This document shows positions 14,127 to 27,904 of a DNA stretch of 64,000 nt, in pieces; position 1 is the first letter of the stretch; each line of letters begins with the position of its first letter. The notes under the pieces are model-generated. The model searched no databases. It worked only from the letters and a program-made list of their open reading frames with translations, and was not told where the DNA came from. Origin of the DNA: Octopus vulgaris (lineage: Eukaryota); NCBI GenBank assembly GCA_951406725.2, contig OX597823.1, positions 14,756,001 to 14,820,000 of the forward strand, read 5' to 3'. The translations under genes and the position numbers were made by a program.

Positions 14127-15744
14127 TAGTGACAATGGCATGTTTCATTAGCAAGTAGTATCTTACGGACATTTTCTAACAGCTCTTGGCGATATGTGTG
14201 ATGACTTCCACTCTGTTACATCACAATCGACATTTTCTAAAACAGCGCTGAGTATTAAAGGCATCCTTATCTCATTTTCTTTTTATTACATATTCAGTCA
14301 TTCTCTTTCATTCTTTCACAGCAAATGCATATACTTCTTGGTTAGATGTGATATATTTATCACAAGTCCAACAAAGGCTGTTTTTTACTGTCGATATGTT
14401 TTTGGAGAGACATTTACACAATACTCACTCCGTAGGTCATCTAATCACTTTGCATCAGACTTGTATTGTTTGTTTACACTCGAGATCCCACTCCAAAATG
14501 TGTCTGGATCATTCGGGGTAGGATCTTTTACAACCTTTATGTTATGGCTTTCCATATTGCGATACATCGCTTGTGGGTTTCTAACAAACTTGCGATTGAT
14601 GGTTTTTCTTTCTAGTAGGGTTTTTTTTATAACGTAAGTGCTCAGCTGTCGCATACAGTTCGGGTTTAAGGGAAATCAAATTAACCGTTAGTGTTTCTTG
14701 TCGACAAATCCCATAGATTTTAGATCATCCATGATATAGATACAGCAGGTGGTTCGTGAAATTCTTATTCACTTTGCACTTAATGATAGAATCTAACTGT
14801 CCAATATTTTCCGTGACTCTGTCAATATATGTCTCGAGAGAGGAATCTATTTTGGTTGTTTCTCCTGACTGCGATCGATCTCCGCTACTTCCAACTATTG
14901 GCGAATGGTAATTGAAGAACAATATAGCAGAATATTCAATGTCCAAAAGTTGGGATTTTCAATCTCTGCCAATTGTTCTTCAACTATTTGGTCCATCACA
15001 GATAACATCAGGTTGGTCGGTTTTCTATCGATTCGTGTGGTAATTGCTCTCTCATGAATTGTTGTTAATGTGGATGTTTTTGTTTAGGCTTTGCTGTTTG
15101 TATTCTTCACTCATTATTTCTGTTCGCTCGTAATTGATAACTACTCGCTTCGTTTAATGGCAGTATGTTCGTCTCAGTTTTATTGTTGATGCATCAATCG
15201 TGTTCCACGTTGTTAACGATTTTCTCAGAAGAATTCACTGGTCTGCTCTGACTGTTATATGTTACGAGATTCTGATAGTCTATGGGAATAACAGCCAATT
15301 TATTACCAACTGGAACTTTAGCAAGGCTTAGTAACTTTATTGTCTAAGAGTGAAGAACAAAATCAAACGCCTTTTTATAGCTTGGCGATATAGTTAGCAG
15401 ATTTCGTAGGGAGATGCTGCTTTGCTTTCTTAAGGACAGCTTTTTTGGATGAGTTCTTTAGCACAGCCCCAAACTCCTTCCTCTCCCTCTGCTCGCTTTT
15501 CATTTACCATACTATGTGTTCCACAGTGATCCTAAAAGGAATGCATTCGAGCAACTTGTATATAATTTCCATGTAGCATTCAAGCATGCTATAGACCTGT
15601 AGTTTTCGGCCACATGTGTCTACTAGTGTTTAGCTACTATTGATGTACGTCCGAAGGCTAACCAGTCCGGTGCATCTATCTCCGGGTTCGTTGCTGAGGT
15701 TTCCTGATTTCTTAGTTGTCTGACACTGAAGTTTTAATAGTTGG

Positions 15745-16061
15745 GTTGTTGTGGTTGTTGTTTGTTGTTTCTCGAGCCATATCTAGGTCATAAGGGCCGG
15801 TTTCCTGGTTTCATTGGCGTATTGGTTCCCCACCAGGATGGACCGGCGGTCTGGCGCAGGTAAGCTGCTAGATGCAGGAAGAAAGAGAGAGAGAAAGTTG
15901 TAGCGAAAGAGTCAACAGAGGTTCGCCATTCCCTCCGCCGGAGCCACGTGGAGCTTAGGTGTTTCGCTCATAAACACACACATCGCCCGGTCTGAGATTC
16001 GAACTCACGATCCCTCGACCGCAAGTCCGCTGCTCTAACCACTAGGCCATGTGCCTCCACA
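15745..16061 (-). mobile_element. SINE with a family-C head but a different 3' tail ending in (CAA)n
   Basis: About 170 bp of head/body matches 56891-57075, then diverges. Confidence 0.8.
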
Positions 16062-16304
16062 TTGGGGTATTTGTAGATCCCAGAAATTCTTCATCCTTTT
16101 CGTGTAAACCTATCGAAGGATTTTCCCTTGTCTTTTTTATAGAATTTATATAAGTCTCGGTTCAATTCAAAGCTCCACTGAAACTTCTTTCCATAGTTAC
16201 GTTCCTTGCCATAGTTGACTCTAGTCTCCTGTCCAGCATTGCTGTCTATATTACTAATCCTTCTTAAGACGGCGAACTGGAGCATAATCTTTTCTACCCT
16301 TGGC

Positions 16305-17575
16305 ATAAGGCCCGAAATTTTGGGGGAGGAAGCCAGTCGATTAGATCGACCTCAGTATGCAACTGGTACATAATTTATCGACCCCAAAAGAATGAAAGGT
16401 AAAGTCGACCTCGGCGGAATTTGGACTCAGAGCACACGATATATACGAAGACAGACGAAATACCGCTAAGCATTTCACCCGGCGTGCTAACGTTTCTTAT
16501 TTCTTTATTGCCCACAAGGGGTTAAACATAGAGGGGACAAACAAGAACAGACAAACGGATTAAGTCGATTACACCGACACCAGTGCGTAACTGGTATTTA
16601 ATTTATCGTTCCGAAAGGATGAAAGGTAAAGTCGACCTCGGATGAATTTGAACTCAGAACGTAAAGACAGACGAAATAACTATTTCTTTACGACCCACAA
16701 GGGGCTAAACACAGAGAGGACAAACAAGGACAGACAAACGGATTAAGTCGATTATATCGACCCCAGTGCGTAACTGGTACTTATTTAATCGACCCTGAAA
16801 GGATGAAAGGCAAAGTCGACCTCGGCAGAATTTGAACTCAGAACGTAACGGCAGACGAAATACGGCTACGCATTTCGCCCGGCGTGCTAAAATTTCTGCC
16901 AGCTCGTCGCATTAAACTGGAGACATAATAATATATAATCAAATATATGAGGCGGTGAACTGGCAGAATCGTCTATCCTTACCTTATGCAGAAACGTTAG
17001 CACGCGGGGCGAAATGCTAAGCAGTATTTCGTTTGCCGCTACGTTCTGAGTTCAAATTTCGCCGAGGTCGACTTTGCCTTTCATCCTTTTGGGATCGATA
17101 AATTAAGTACCAGTTACGCACTGGGGTCGATATAATCGACTTAATCCGTTTGTCTGTCCTTGTTTGTCCTCTCTGTGTTTATCCCCTTGTGGGTAGTAAA
17201 GAAATAGGTATTTCGTCTGCCGTTACCTTCTGAATTCAAATTCTGCCGAAGTCGACTTAGTCTTTCATCCTTACGGGGTCGATAAATTAAGTACCATTTA
17301 CGCACTGGGGTCGATATAATCGACTTAATTCCTTTGTCTGTCCTTGTTTCTCCCCTTTAATGCGGCATTAAAGATATAAGAAACGTTAGCACGCCGGGTT
17401 AGATGCTTAGCGGTATTTCGTCTGTCTTTACATTCTGAGTTCAAATTTCGCCAGGTCGACTTCGCATTTCATTCTTTCGGGGTCGATAAATTAAGTACCA
17501 GTTGCGTACTGGAGTCGATCTAATCGACTAGCACCCTCCCACAAAATCTCAGGCCTTGTGCCGAGAGTAGAAAAA
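16305..17575. mobile_element. Two multimeric SINE-A arrays head-to-head (16305-16915 minus; 16947-17575 plus)
   Basis: About 3 body units per arm, in opposite orientations. Confidence 0.85.
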
Positions 17576-18046
17576 TATGTATGTATGTATGTATGTATGA
17601 TTTGTGCATGTATATGTGTATGGATATATACATACAAGCATGTATGTGGTTGAGTATATTGTTGAGTGTGCGCGTGTACGTATGTATAGATGTGTGTGTT
17701 TGTGTGTGTGTGTGCGTGAGTGATGTGGGGCTGGGGGCGGCGGCATGAGTGTGTGTGTCTTTTATAAATTCGTCACTTCACAAACTGTCAATAAAGATAA
17801 TTTAAGTTGGAGAAACTCTTGCCGCCTAATGCGACATTAGTTGTCTCCCTTGGCACATAGAACGCAGACGATGGCTGGAGTGTATTTTTATTTATTTAGT
17901 TATTGCATCGTTATTTCATACATATGCTTACGCGCGCGCGCGTACACATACACACACACTCGCACACATACACATACACACACACATACATACATACATA
18001 CATACATACATACATACATACATACATACATACATACATACATACA

Positions 18047-18280
18047 TACAATAATCCCTCGCCATATCGCAGTTCACATATCGGGTTCGCGATAGCTTAT
18101 TATTTAAGCTTCTGCCGATTACTCTGAGGTGTTGTTTTGTATTTATAATGAAATAAATATATACAAATTACAAAAGTAATAAAAAAAATTTACAGTACAG
18201 TACTGTTTCTACTTCGCGGATTTTCACCTCTCGCGAGGGTTTTGGAATGTAACACCCGCGATAATCGAGGATTTACTGTA
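18047..18280. mobile_element. pogo/Tigger-like MITE
   Basis: TA|CAATAATCCCTCG ... CGAGGATTTACTG|TA termini with a TA TSD. Confidence 0.55.
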
Positions 18281-18554
18281 CGCTGTTGTTGATGTTGAAA
18301 TTCCAATGAAGGAGCCTTGAATCTAGGTTAGAAACCGGCTCTTTCTCTACTGGCAAGGAGATATCTTGAAATAAAACTGAACAATGGCACATACAGACAA
18401 CTAACAGATGTATTAGTATAACGCTCGGGAAGTGAAAAAGTCTTTAACGTTTCGAGCCTACGCACTTCCACAGAAAGGAACACGGAAAGAAACAAAGAGA
18501 GAAAATAAAGAATGTGTATTGGCCAGCGATCTATCATGGCGAATACACACACAC

Positions 18555-18609
<55 letters not shown>

Positions 18610-18611
<2 letters not shown>

Positions 18612-18828
18612 CGAGAGAAGGCTGAAAAGTTCCTGGCTTTGGTAAAAGGAAGTAGAAGACGGTCAGTTAATTACATTTTTATTCAACATATTCCCCTCTC
18701 AGATTCACTCACTTATTGCAGCAGTCCTTCAAGTTTTCTAAGCCCTGTAAAAGAACCGGAAAGATTGGTCCTCCAGCCAGGGCTTTCGCGACACACTTAA
18801 AGACCAGAACTTTTCAGCACCCCATGTA
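18610..18828. mobile_element. mariner-like MITE (second copy about 36966-37182)
   Basis: Inverted ends GCTGAAAAGTTCCTGGCTTT / AAAG(A/C)C(C)AG(G)AACTTTTCAGCAC and a shared body between the two copies. Confidence 0.6.
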
Positions 18829-20314
18829 AATATCGAATATTGCTCGATGAAGGCCAAGCAAGCTGTAGCTTCATATTCACTATCAACATTATTCTTATAG
18901 CAGTATTATAAATATTAACTCTACAAAAAAGTATTGAGTAATCCCTGAATTTAATGTAAAATTGTTTTTGCCATAAATCAATATAAAGAAATGCATCTCA
19001 GCACGGATTTTTGTCAATGAACAGGTCGCGGTCTTAAAGCGACGAAAATATTTTGACAAATTAAACTTAAATGTTGAAGTGAATCGAACGGCTTTTGTAT
19101 GTTTCTTAAATGGCTTATAAACACCTTCCACGCTGCAATTGTTTTCGTTTCAGCACACGATCTCAGATCAAATCACTTTCTATGCAAGTACATCTCCGTA
19201 ACATTAATATATTATTTGCATTATTTACATTTGACGGATATTTGTCCTCATCTTGTTTGTTGTTAACACAACGTTTCGGCTGATATACCCTCCAGCCTTC
19301 ATCAGCAATAGTTTTTTTCTTTTCTTTTCCTTTCTTTTTATTATTTTTTGTACTATAAATGTATTTTGCTTACATTTAACACCACTGACCATTTCACTCT
19401 CTGAACATTTGAAATACAAATACTGCTGTACCAGTTTCAATTTAATTGCAATTTAATTGAAAATCTGATTAAAAATGCAAATTGAATATATCTGTACAAT
19501 TCATATGCAAAAAAATATGTATTTATATCAATTTAAAAAATGTACTAGAGCAGTATAAAGCCCCTGACCCTTTTCAGTTTCCGATGTAAGAAAAAAATTA
19601 CTATCTTATAATAAATCTAATCTTTTGTATTTGACTTCAATCAGTTATTAGACTGAAGCGCCATTTTGAAGAAATTTTAGTCGAATGAATCGATCCCAGT
19701 TCTTTCGCCCGGCTCTTTCATCTCTCTGAGTTCGATAAAATAAAGCTTCACTCAAGTATTGGTATCGATCTTATCACTCTCCTCCACGAAATTTCAGGTC
19801 ATGTGTCTCTGTTAGCAATCAAAAATTATAATGGTGCAAACACAGAGTTATCTCCCATGAGGTTTAGTTAAACTTTTATCACATTTGTTGAAAATGATAC
19901 CTGACAAATAAAATATCGCTTCAGTCGACTATTTCTGCCGTCTCCCAACAAGATTTTATTCTGATGCAACTATTTTGTATTATATCTTTACTATTTCGTG
20001 TTCGAACACATCTAATCCGACCGTGATTATTTCCATTTATTTATTTATTTTTCTAGCATTGGCCTAAAAATATATTACCCAATGTGTCGTGTCTGATTTT
20101 AAAATCATAGGGTGTTAATTGAAGTAGTTGAGTTGCTATTTTTAATTAATCGAGATACCGAAAAGGGTTTCAAATGGACTCATTAAATTCTTAATAGGAA
20201 ATTTCAAGTCCGGTAGCGTTGATAATAATTACATTAATTTTAGCGGACTAAACGAAATGAAATGTTTTGTTCCTTACAGCTTCTATATAACTTAAATACA
20301 GCCTTATATGACTT

Positions 20315-20745
20315 TATTTACTCTTTACTCTTTTACTCTTTTACTCTTTTACTTGTTTCAGTCATTTGACTGCGGCCATGCTGGAGCACCGCCTATAATC
20401 GAGCAACTCGACCCCGGTACTTATTCTTTGTAAGCCCAGTACTTATTCTATCGGTCTCTTTTGCCGAACCGCTAACTTACGGGGACATAAATACACCAGC
20501 ATCGGTTGTCAAGCAATGCTAGGGGAACAAACACAGACACACAAACACACACACACACACATATATATATACATATATACGACGGGCTTCTTTCCGTTTC
20601 CGTCTACCAAATCCACTCACAAGGCTTTGGTCGGCCCGAGGCTATAGTAGAAGACACTTGCCCAAGGTGCCACGCAGTGGGACTGAACCCGGAACCATGT
20701 GGTTGGTAAACAAGCTACTTACCACACAGCCACTCCTGCGCCTAT
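20315..20745 (-). mobile_element. tRNA-derived SINE family B (GGAGTGGCTGTGTGGTAAG...ACCTTGGGCAAGTG...(GTAAAAGA)n tail)
   Basis: tRNA-like head, CORE-like ACCTTGGGCAAGT, internal TA/CA microsatellite and octamer tail. Copies at 9229-9555(-), 34180-34583(+), 36577-36940(-), 39614-40024(+), 40403-40812(+), 40925-41349(-), 48345-48747(-), 56565-56712(-). Confidence 0.9.
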
Positions 20746-21400
20746 TATATGACTTTGATAGATTTTTTTCCTCGTCTTTTTCGTAGTAGCCTAAGGAAGG
20801 CAAATATCACATCACACACACTCACAATATCACACGTATCCATTTCTACAAATTAAGTCTTGCATGAGAACGAGTGCAAGGGAGGTAATTGGAAAATTAT
20901 TAATGATCTTGTGTGCAAGTGTAAGCTATGAGTTTAAAGCGCGCGATCACGCTCCTTCGATTTCGGACCTTGTGCCCTAAAGCAGAAAATAATAAGAAGA
21001 ATGGTTTCAAATTTTGGCAGAGAGCCAATGGTTTTGAGGGGAGGGTGAAGTTGGTTAACTCAATCCCAGTGCTTGACACTCTTATTGGCCCTGTAAGGAT
21101 AAAAAAAAATCGAATTCGGTGGATTTTAAAATCAGAATATAAGGCCGCAAAGAATTTCTGTCCGGTGTGCAAACAATTCTGCCGGATCGCCACCTTAATA
21201 ATAATAGTAGCACAAGGCCTAACATTTTGTGGGGAACGGGTTAGGTTTAGTCACTTGCATCCATCCCAGTGTTCGACAGGTACTTATTTTATTGACCCCG
21301 TAACGATGAAAGGCACAGTCGACCTACGCAGAATTTGAACTCAGAACGAAAAGACGGACAAAATGCTTAGCGGAATTTCCTCCGGTGTGCTAACGATTCT

Positions 21401-21440
<40 letters not shown>

Positions 21441-21681
21441 TAGTAATTTTAAATTTTGGCAGAAAGCCGACAATTTTGGTGGAGAGGGGCTAAGTCGATC
21501 AGATCGACCCCTGTGCTCAACTGGTACATATTTTATCGATCTCAAAAGGACGAAAGACTAAGTCGATCTCGGTGGCATTTGAACTCAGAACGTTAAGTCT
21601 GAAGAAATACTGCTACGCATTTTTTTTTTTCCGGTGCGATAACGATTCCGGCCAGATAGCAGCAGCAGCAGCAGCAGCAAC

Positions 21682-21753
<72 letters not shown>

Positions 21754-21775
21754 GGTGGTGGTGGTGGTGGTGGTG

Positions 21776-21822
<47 letters not shown>

Positions 21823-22393
21823 GGTGGTGGTGGTGGTGGTAGTAGTAGTAGTAGTAGTGGTGGTGGTGGTGGTGGTGGTGGTGGTGGTAGTGGTAGTAGT
21901 AGCAGCAGCAGTAACAACAACAGCAACAACAATTCTAAATTATAAAGATGATGGTTTATTGAATAGTCTCGTTTGCATCAATAATGAGTTTTACATAATT
22001 ATTTAAGAACAGTAAATCGTTAATGAGAAAACCTCAAAGCCCCACCCCACCCCACCGAAAATGTGGTAACATAGAAATATAATAATAATAGAAGAAGAAT
22101 ATAATGAAGAAATGGTAAAGAAAATTCCACGAGAGAGTGTAAAGAAATATCGTATCAGTGCAAAATCATCAGCAGTCGTTCCTTTGGTGTGAAAAATGAT
22201 CGGCCATTGGACCAGTGAAAACAAAGATTTAAGAAGTAACACCTGCAAGAATCTCAGCCACACTCGTACCGTGTGCCTGTATGCATGCATGTCTGTATGT
22301 ATGTAGGTACTACATACTAATGTAGGTACTACATGCCTACATGTATGTAGGTACTACATAGCTAATCGTGACTAGTCGATCCTTTGTGTTTTG

Positions 22394-22824
22394 GGAATCT
22401 TTTCGGTTTGAACGGCAGTTTTTAACATAATTTCTAGCTAACTAAAAAAATTTAAAACTTCGTATACTGGTAGAATGTGTTTATAAAACATCTTTTTCTC
22501 TTGGCTTTATTGGGAAAATTCTATAGTTTGTAAGATATTTGTTATTTTTTTTTCTTCAATTTCTGCAATTTCAACCAATCACTGAAGTCTATTGAGGTAA
22601 AAAAAAAAACCTTCTGTGCCGTATGAATATTTCCCTCGTTTAAGAAACAGATTGGATTTATTTACATTTGTGAAGAAAAAAATATACCCTTCCCCCCACC
22701 CCAAACCCTAACCCTAACCCTAAAACAGATTGAAATGCAATAGATCGATACTAGGGTCATAATTATGGGTGACAATTTCATATGACACCGCTAGAAAAAA
22801 CTGCCGTCCAAACCGAAAAGATCC
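22394..22824. mobile_element. MITE family M, copy 2
   Basis: Same TIRs and body as 851-1287; TSD imperfect; nested inside another inverted-repeat pair (22361-22383 / 22968-22991). Confidence 0.85.
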
Positions 22825-23177
22825 TGTTTTTGTTTTATTTACTTTGTTTTAAAAAATTATTTACTTTGTGTTTTTGTGTTTTATTTACTTTGTTTTTAAA
22901 AAAATTATTTACTTTGTGTAAAAAATTATTTATCTTGTGTTTTATTTACTCTGCTAGGTAGTCGTTGTAGGATCGTCTAGTCACGACTAGCTAGCGCGGA
23001 TGCACGAGTACGAGAGTGCGCGCACCGGGACCACTCTTCTTAAGTAGTACCTGTATGTATGTATGTATGTATGTATGTATGCATGTATGTACGTATGTAT
23101 GCATGTAGCAATAATAAATCTCTGAGCGAGATATAAACAGTAGCAGCACGAGATCGTGAAGTGTATTTACCACCTAA

Positions 23178-23568
<391 letters not shown>

Positions 23569-23830
23569 TGTATATATATGCATATATGTAGTTATGTATA
23601 TATAGATAGATAGATAGATAGATAGATAGATTCAGATGAATATGGTACTTAAGTTGAAGGCACCAGAATTTAGTATGGTATTATCCATACAATTTAAAAT
23701 AAGGTGATTAAAATCAAAATAAGCAAGGATATCCAGAGGTAAAGCAGTATAATCATTTCATGGAGTCGCATGAAACGATCGTACTGCATTACCTCTGGAT
23801 ATCCTTATTGCTTATTTTGATTATATATAC

Positions 23831-23897
<67 letters not shown>

Positions 23898-24382
23898 GTG
23901 ACAATTATTCGTAGCCATAATAAAACTCCGAGTTTCGGATGGCGGCGTGATTTCACCCCGACATCCGAAACTCGGAGTTTTATCATGGCTACCGAATGAT
24001 TGTCACATATTACATTTACAGATGAATTCCTCTATTTACATAATATCGAGGTCTCTTTCATTCTTTTGTTGTCTAACCATTTCTACCAATATATATATAT
24101 ACATATATATATATATAATAATAATGAAATTATTGTATACAGTGCTCAGGTGCACCACACTTGTCAGAAAGTGCATATAAAGTACATGCAGTAATGTAGA
24201 AATGTCTGGAAAGTGAACATGCTTGTGTGTGTATGGAGGGGAGAAAATCAAGTGTAGTGTTGGCGAATCTCAGGAAGCATGGAAGTTTTGAAGGATGCAG
24301 TGCTCCGACAACTAACAACCGATGCCGGCAGTTTGTTCCACGCTTCAGCAACTCTCAGCGTCAAAAAATGTTTCCTGAAGTC

Positions 24383-24533
<151 letters not shown>

Positions 24534-24751
24534 GTATAAGGAAAGGAAAAATTGTAAGTGTAAACGAACTTTAATTCAATTCATAATCCAAATTGGTACA
24601 GAACCAATAGACCAATTGTCTAATTAATTCCAAAGGCAAAAACGCAAAACACTTCATCAAATAAAAACTAGATTCCTCGCAGAAATTACATTCTGGTATG
24701 AATAATTACGAGCAACAAAAATATATAAAGACCTTTTGTAGCCCAGATGTT

Positions 24752-24843
24752 CGTTCCTGACGAGGAATCTAGCTTTTATTTCGTGAAGAGTTTTTCGTTT
24801 TTGTCTTTCGAAATAATTAGACTCCGAAACAATTTGTAGAATG
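24752..24843 (+). ncRNA. Type I hammerhead ribozyme motif
   Basis: cgttc-CTGACGA-ggaatctag...ttagactcc-GAAA-caatttg-TA-gaatg: stems I, II and III pair, GUA cleavage triplet. Confidence 0.7.
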
Positions 24844-25060
24844 TGTATTGGTTCTGTACCAGCTTGGATTTGAATTGAATTAAAGTTCGTCTACACTTGC
24901 AATTTTTTTTTTTCCTTTCCTTAAAATTCATTTACTGTTTTTGTAAAAACTGAATATATATTTTTATATATACTCTTTACTTGGACTGTACTGGCGGACT
25001 TGGATGTTTGACATCCCTTTGAAGGATTTCGGTCCTCACCTTTTATGTATAAATATATAG

Positions 25061-25135
<75 letters not shown>

Positions 25136-27438
25136 TGCGTATATATCTGACAGGAAAAACTCTGTTCGTTTCGAAAGGCTACCACTTCGCTGGAGTAATT
25201 AACTGACTAGCCTCTTAGTCCATCCCCCTACTTTGAACATATGAAATAGAAACTGTAAGAGAGAAGGAAGGATAAGAGAGACGTAGAGAAAAATATCCTA
25301 CTTTGGCAAATTTGTTCAACAGGGAGTTGACACACAGTAATTCAACCCACTGAAAATAGCAGCCAAAACTCACAAGAAGGGCCCTGATAAGAAAGACTGG
25401 TCTTTTAAGTTGCAGTCTTTGCAATGTTAATGTGTATTTGCCAAGAGAGATCCTCGCGATACTGAAGTCTAGTATATGAAGTAAAAGCAAGGGAGCTATC
25501 TGAATGATGCTTATGTTATAAGAAGGTGAGATATCATAATGTTTTCGTGATGTGTTCAGTAGGTACGAGGTATTTTGCTGTTAAAAGTGAAAAGATTGGC
25601 ATCTAGTCAGAGTAAATTTGGTCCAAGGTGTCCAGATTTTATGAGGATGACATGCTATACAAGTTTAGAAAAGAACTGAGGTTTATGTCATCTACGTGTT
25701 GAAATAATACACATATGATTAATATGTTAACGTAATATGGTTATATATTCCCTTATATATACGGAGTTCTCTTATGTATAAAGTGCTGAAATAATATACA
25801 TAATATTTGTTTAATATAACAACATAATATAATAATAAATATATTTATATTCTCGTGAATATATAGCATTCTCTCGTGTATAATACAGTAGTGAAATAAT
25901 ATACATACACTCTAAACTTGTGTTAATATAAATTTATCTATAATACAATTCTAGGATGATATGAGATATTACTTTTTCACTATCGTTTACCATAATAACA
26001 ATGCTGTATTGACTGACTATATCTATTAGTGTATTCATGAAATTAAATCTCCTTCAAGTTTTGAACTTTATGAATTTTATAGATAAATGGAATACGTAAA
26101 AGGAATAATTTTGCTATCTGTATTTATTTATAGATTATTTGTTGACGATTCTGCTTCAGAATGATAAAAAAAAAAAACGAATTTGTTTGGATGTCATATA
26201 TCTTATCTCACAAAATATAATTATATATACAAACACACGTACGTACATGCACACACATATGCATATCCTCTCCCTCTCTTTCTCTCTCTCTCTCTCTCTG
26301 TCTGTCTCTCTCTCTCTCTCTTTTACACACATACATATATACACGTATACATATATACACATAAACATACTTACATTCACACACAGACATATACACACAA
26401 ACATACATACGTATACACACGCACGTCCTCATACACACAACCGTTACTCAGAATCGATGATAACCGCTAATTGCTTTAAATACCTATGTAGCTGCGACCA
26501 GACAAAGTCATTCGATCGACCCTCCTGTCTTCACCCTGCGACTTATCCACGATGCGACAACAGCACGATGCGACGGCTGGTCTGCATATGTTTGTGGAGG
26601 GGGGTGGTAACAGTTACACTGCAGAGGAGCCTCTTTCGGCATTCTCAACGCGCAAAACTATCAAAACCGCCATCTGATCACTGGCATGCCAACTGTTTCT
26701 ACAAGCTGCAATGGTGTCCGTGAGCAGGTTATGAGCATGATTGTCTGCATGTGTGTGTGTAAGTGTGTGTGTGTGTAAGTGTGCGTGTGTATGAGTGTGT
26801 GAGAGAGTGCACGTATGTGTGTGCATGCGGCACTTGTACGTGTGTTTGTCTACACTGTGTGTATGTATGTATGTATATATATATATATATGTATATGTAT
26901 ATGTATACAAATATACACACACACACGCACACACATGTACATAAATACATGCATACTTACTTACATACATACATACATACATACATACGTCTATACTTCT
27001 CCTTTTCTACTGAAGAAGGACGAACTTACGAAACGTTAACTCACTTCCTCTTTCCATTAAGGCACTAAGCTAACACGTGTGGTCTTTTATTGTTCGTTAT
27101 ATTTACACCATATTTACAATATAAAAAAGGCTTTCAACACATATACTCTTTCAGTACACATACAGATTGCTAATTTTGAACTTATGCTGCTCCCATCATC
27201 AATAATGAATTGCTTCTCAGCCTACCGGCTAAATGCGACATCGGTGACTTTTCAATTATTGCTTAACTATAGCAGCAATTTCATCAGCCAATACTGGCTG
27301 CCCTTCAGCAGCTGCTGATATTTTAATGTGTTTTTAAAAAATGTACGTCTACGAAGATACTTTCTCAAGATGGATACCACAGTTTCAACATTTACAGCAT
27401 TTACACACTTTAAGTATTCATACGGATTACTATATTAC

Positions 27439-27499
<61 letters not shown>

Positions 27500-27869
27500 G
27501 TAAATATAATATGTGACAATTATTCAATAGCCATGATAAAACTCCGAGTTTCGGATGCTGGGGTAGAAATCCACGCCGCCGTCTCTTCAGTTATCCGGCC
27601 ATCGGAAAAAATGCTATGAAAATGACCGTAAAACAAAGGGAAATTACTGTGTGATTGACCGTTATTAAGACAAAAGAGCTATTTGAATGACTACTAAGTG
27701 AGGGGAGGGAGTTAAAAGTAAGGGGGTAAAAAAGTTCATAGTATTCGCGTAAGCGCGCATGTACATACCTACACATGCGCGCCCGCACACCCACGTACAT
27801 GCGCCTGAAAGTATACACTCATCCATCCTCACTTGAAACGTACACATTCTCACCTGCACCATTCGCCAA

Positions 27870-27904
<35 letters not shown>

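Larger units (their letters stand above)
12958..16300 (-). pseudogene. Degenerate R4/Dong-like RLE non-LTR retrotransposon with most of the RT deleted
   Basis: Frameshifted fragments: N-terminal ..FQWSFELNRDLYKFY.., ..RKFVRNPQAMYR..FWSGI.., CCHC-adjacent ..SC*KMSVRYYLLMKH.., endonuclease ..SDIVVRD..VVEIRCPID..FSFIPIII.. The 3' UTR runs into (CATA)n. Boundaries approximate. Confidence 0.7.
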
